Part shown: positions 62,790-64,000 of the stretch, piece by piece
Numbering within the stretch: the first letter of the stretch is position 1
Layout of the letters: each line of letters opens with the position of its first letter
Assembly: GCF_018350175.1 (NCBI RefSeq)
Contig: NC_058368.1
Span: forward strand, 223,016,001 to 223,080,000
DNA: 64,000 nt
Direction: 5' to 3'
Origin: Felis catus
Lineage: Eukaryota
Translations under genes and position numbers: made by a program
Notes under the pieces: generated by a model
Told to the model about the DNA's origin: nothing
Seen by the model: the letters and a program-made list of their open reading frames with translations, nothing else
The model's database searches: none

Positions 62790-64000
62790 ATTTTTTGAAT
62801 CTTTTTTTTCTGGAGATACACATACCCTTGGCTGCTTGTTGTACAAAAACATTACAAAAGGTCAGACCTGAACATTTTCTAGTCTGTTGGTTTCTCCTCC
62901 AACTGATAAGTTCCTTTCACATCTAAGCTCTTTGTATGTAGACATCTTGACTGCACATTAGGCAGCATTACACCACCAGGACACTAAACTATAAATGCAC
63001 ATGTCAATCCGGCTGCTCTCTTGAATCCTTCCCTCCTCACCTGCTGCCTTACCCGCCCCGCCCCATGGGAGCTAGTGAAGCTGACTGAGCAGAAGTGGTA
63101 AGAGATTAGGTCAGTCTTCCCAGTATTTCAAAAGTTTCACAAAATACATAGAACTGGAAGGTTTTTAACTATGTCCCTGATAAAACTTAAAAACAACAAC
63201 TATGCACAAATATATAGAATGTCCTATTTCTCCATGCACTGGCCAACTTTTAATGATAGAGGATAAAATTTCAACATAATGAGCATACTTACTTTAGACT
63301 ATCGAAGCATTGACATCCCACTTAAAAATGAATAATAATTCCTCAATAATATGTAATTGTAAGATAACATCATAATAGAATTGGTTTTGGTTTTAGTTTT
63401 GAGAGGGGTTCTAAATAAGATATCCAAATATTGAAGCCCATTAATTAAAAAAAAAATTACTAAAATCATGAGTATAGTGATATAATGTAACATCACTGAT
63501 TAAATGCCAATTCACCATATGTTTCTATTTAGTAAGACCTTTTGTAAACAAAACTTTTACTTGTCATTCATCAAAATGGCTGCCATATTTCTAATTATTT
63601 TTTCCAAATTAAAAAAAGTATAACTCTCCCTTCCCACTAACAAACAATCACATAAACTATATTCGAAAGAAAGGTTTATTTTTTAGACGCACTCTTTCAT
63701 GTTTGGACTTGTATCTTTGGCGTTTCACAGCCGGTAAATCAAAATCCTTGTGGGACCGCTGCCATCCGAGCCCAGGGAAGTGATTTGGAGTGGCCTGAGG
63801 TTCACTGAAGGGGTGTATTCTCCTAAGCTCTGCATTGGCAGTTTGCTGTGTCATCAATCTTGTTCAGCTGAACAGCATGACAATTTGTCTGGACAACACT
63901 ACATAAAGCATAGCAAAAGGTTATTGTTAGGTTATGAAGTTTTTCTGACAAGTGCAACATGCCAAGGTTTATACAAGTATAAAACAAACCTTAAGCTCAA

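Overview
AT-rich, repeat-dense mammalian DNA from a felid (cat family), judged from young SINEC_Fc-type CAN-SINEs and a felid L1. I recognise no host protein-coding exon or RNA gene; nearly all short ORFs in the track are SINE, microsatellite or chance ORFs, so the window looks intergenic or deep intronic. The main feature is a full-length ~6.1 kb L1 on the minus strand (40199-46299). It has a 17-bp TSD, a CpG-rich 5'UTR, disabled ORF1 and ORF2, and a ~168-bp 3' transduction. A second, very young 5'-truncated L1 sits inside a young SINE (7001-7685) with its own short transduction. The window also holds about 32 CAN-SINEs (several with unusual architectures), a two-LTR MaLR provirus, solo LTRs, and old L1/L2/MIR/MER5 relics. 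I found no convincing novel gene system. The best leads concern retrotransposon mechanism, an ORF0-like antisense ORF in the L1 5'UTR, and a few candidate regulatory motif clusters. Repeat subfamily names come from recalled consensus sequences, not a search.
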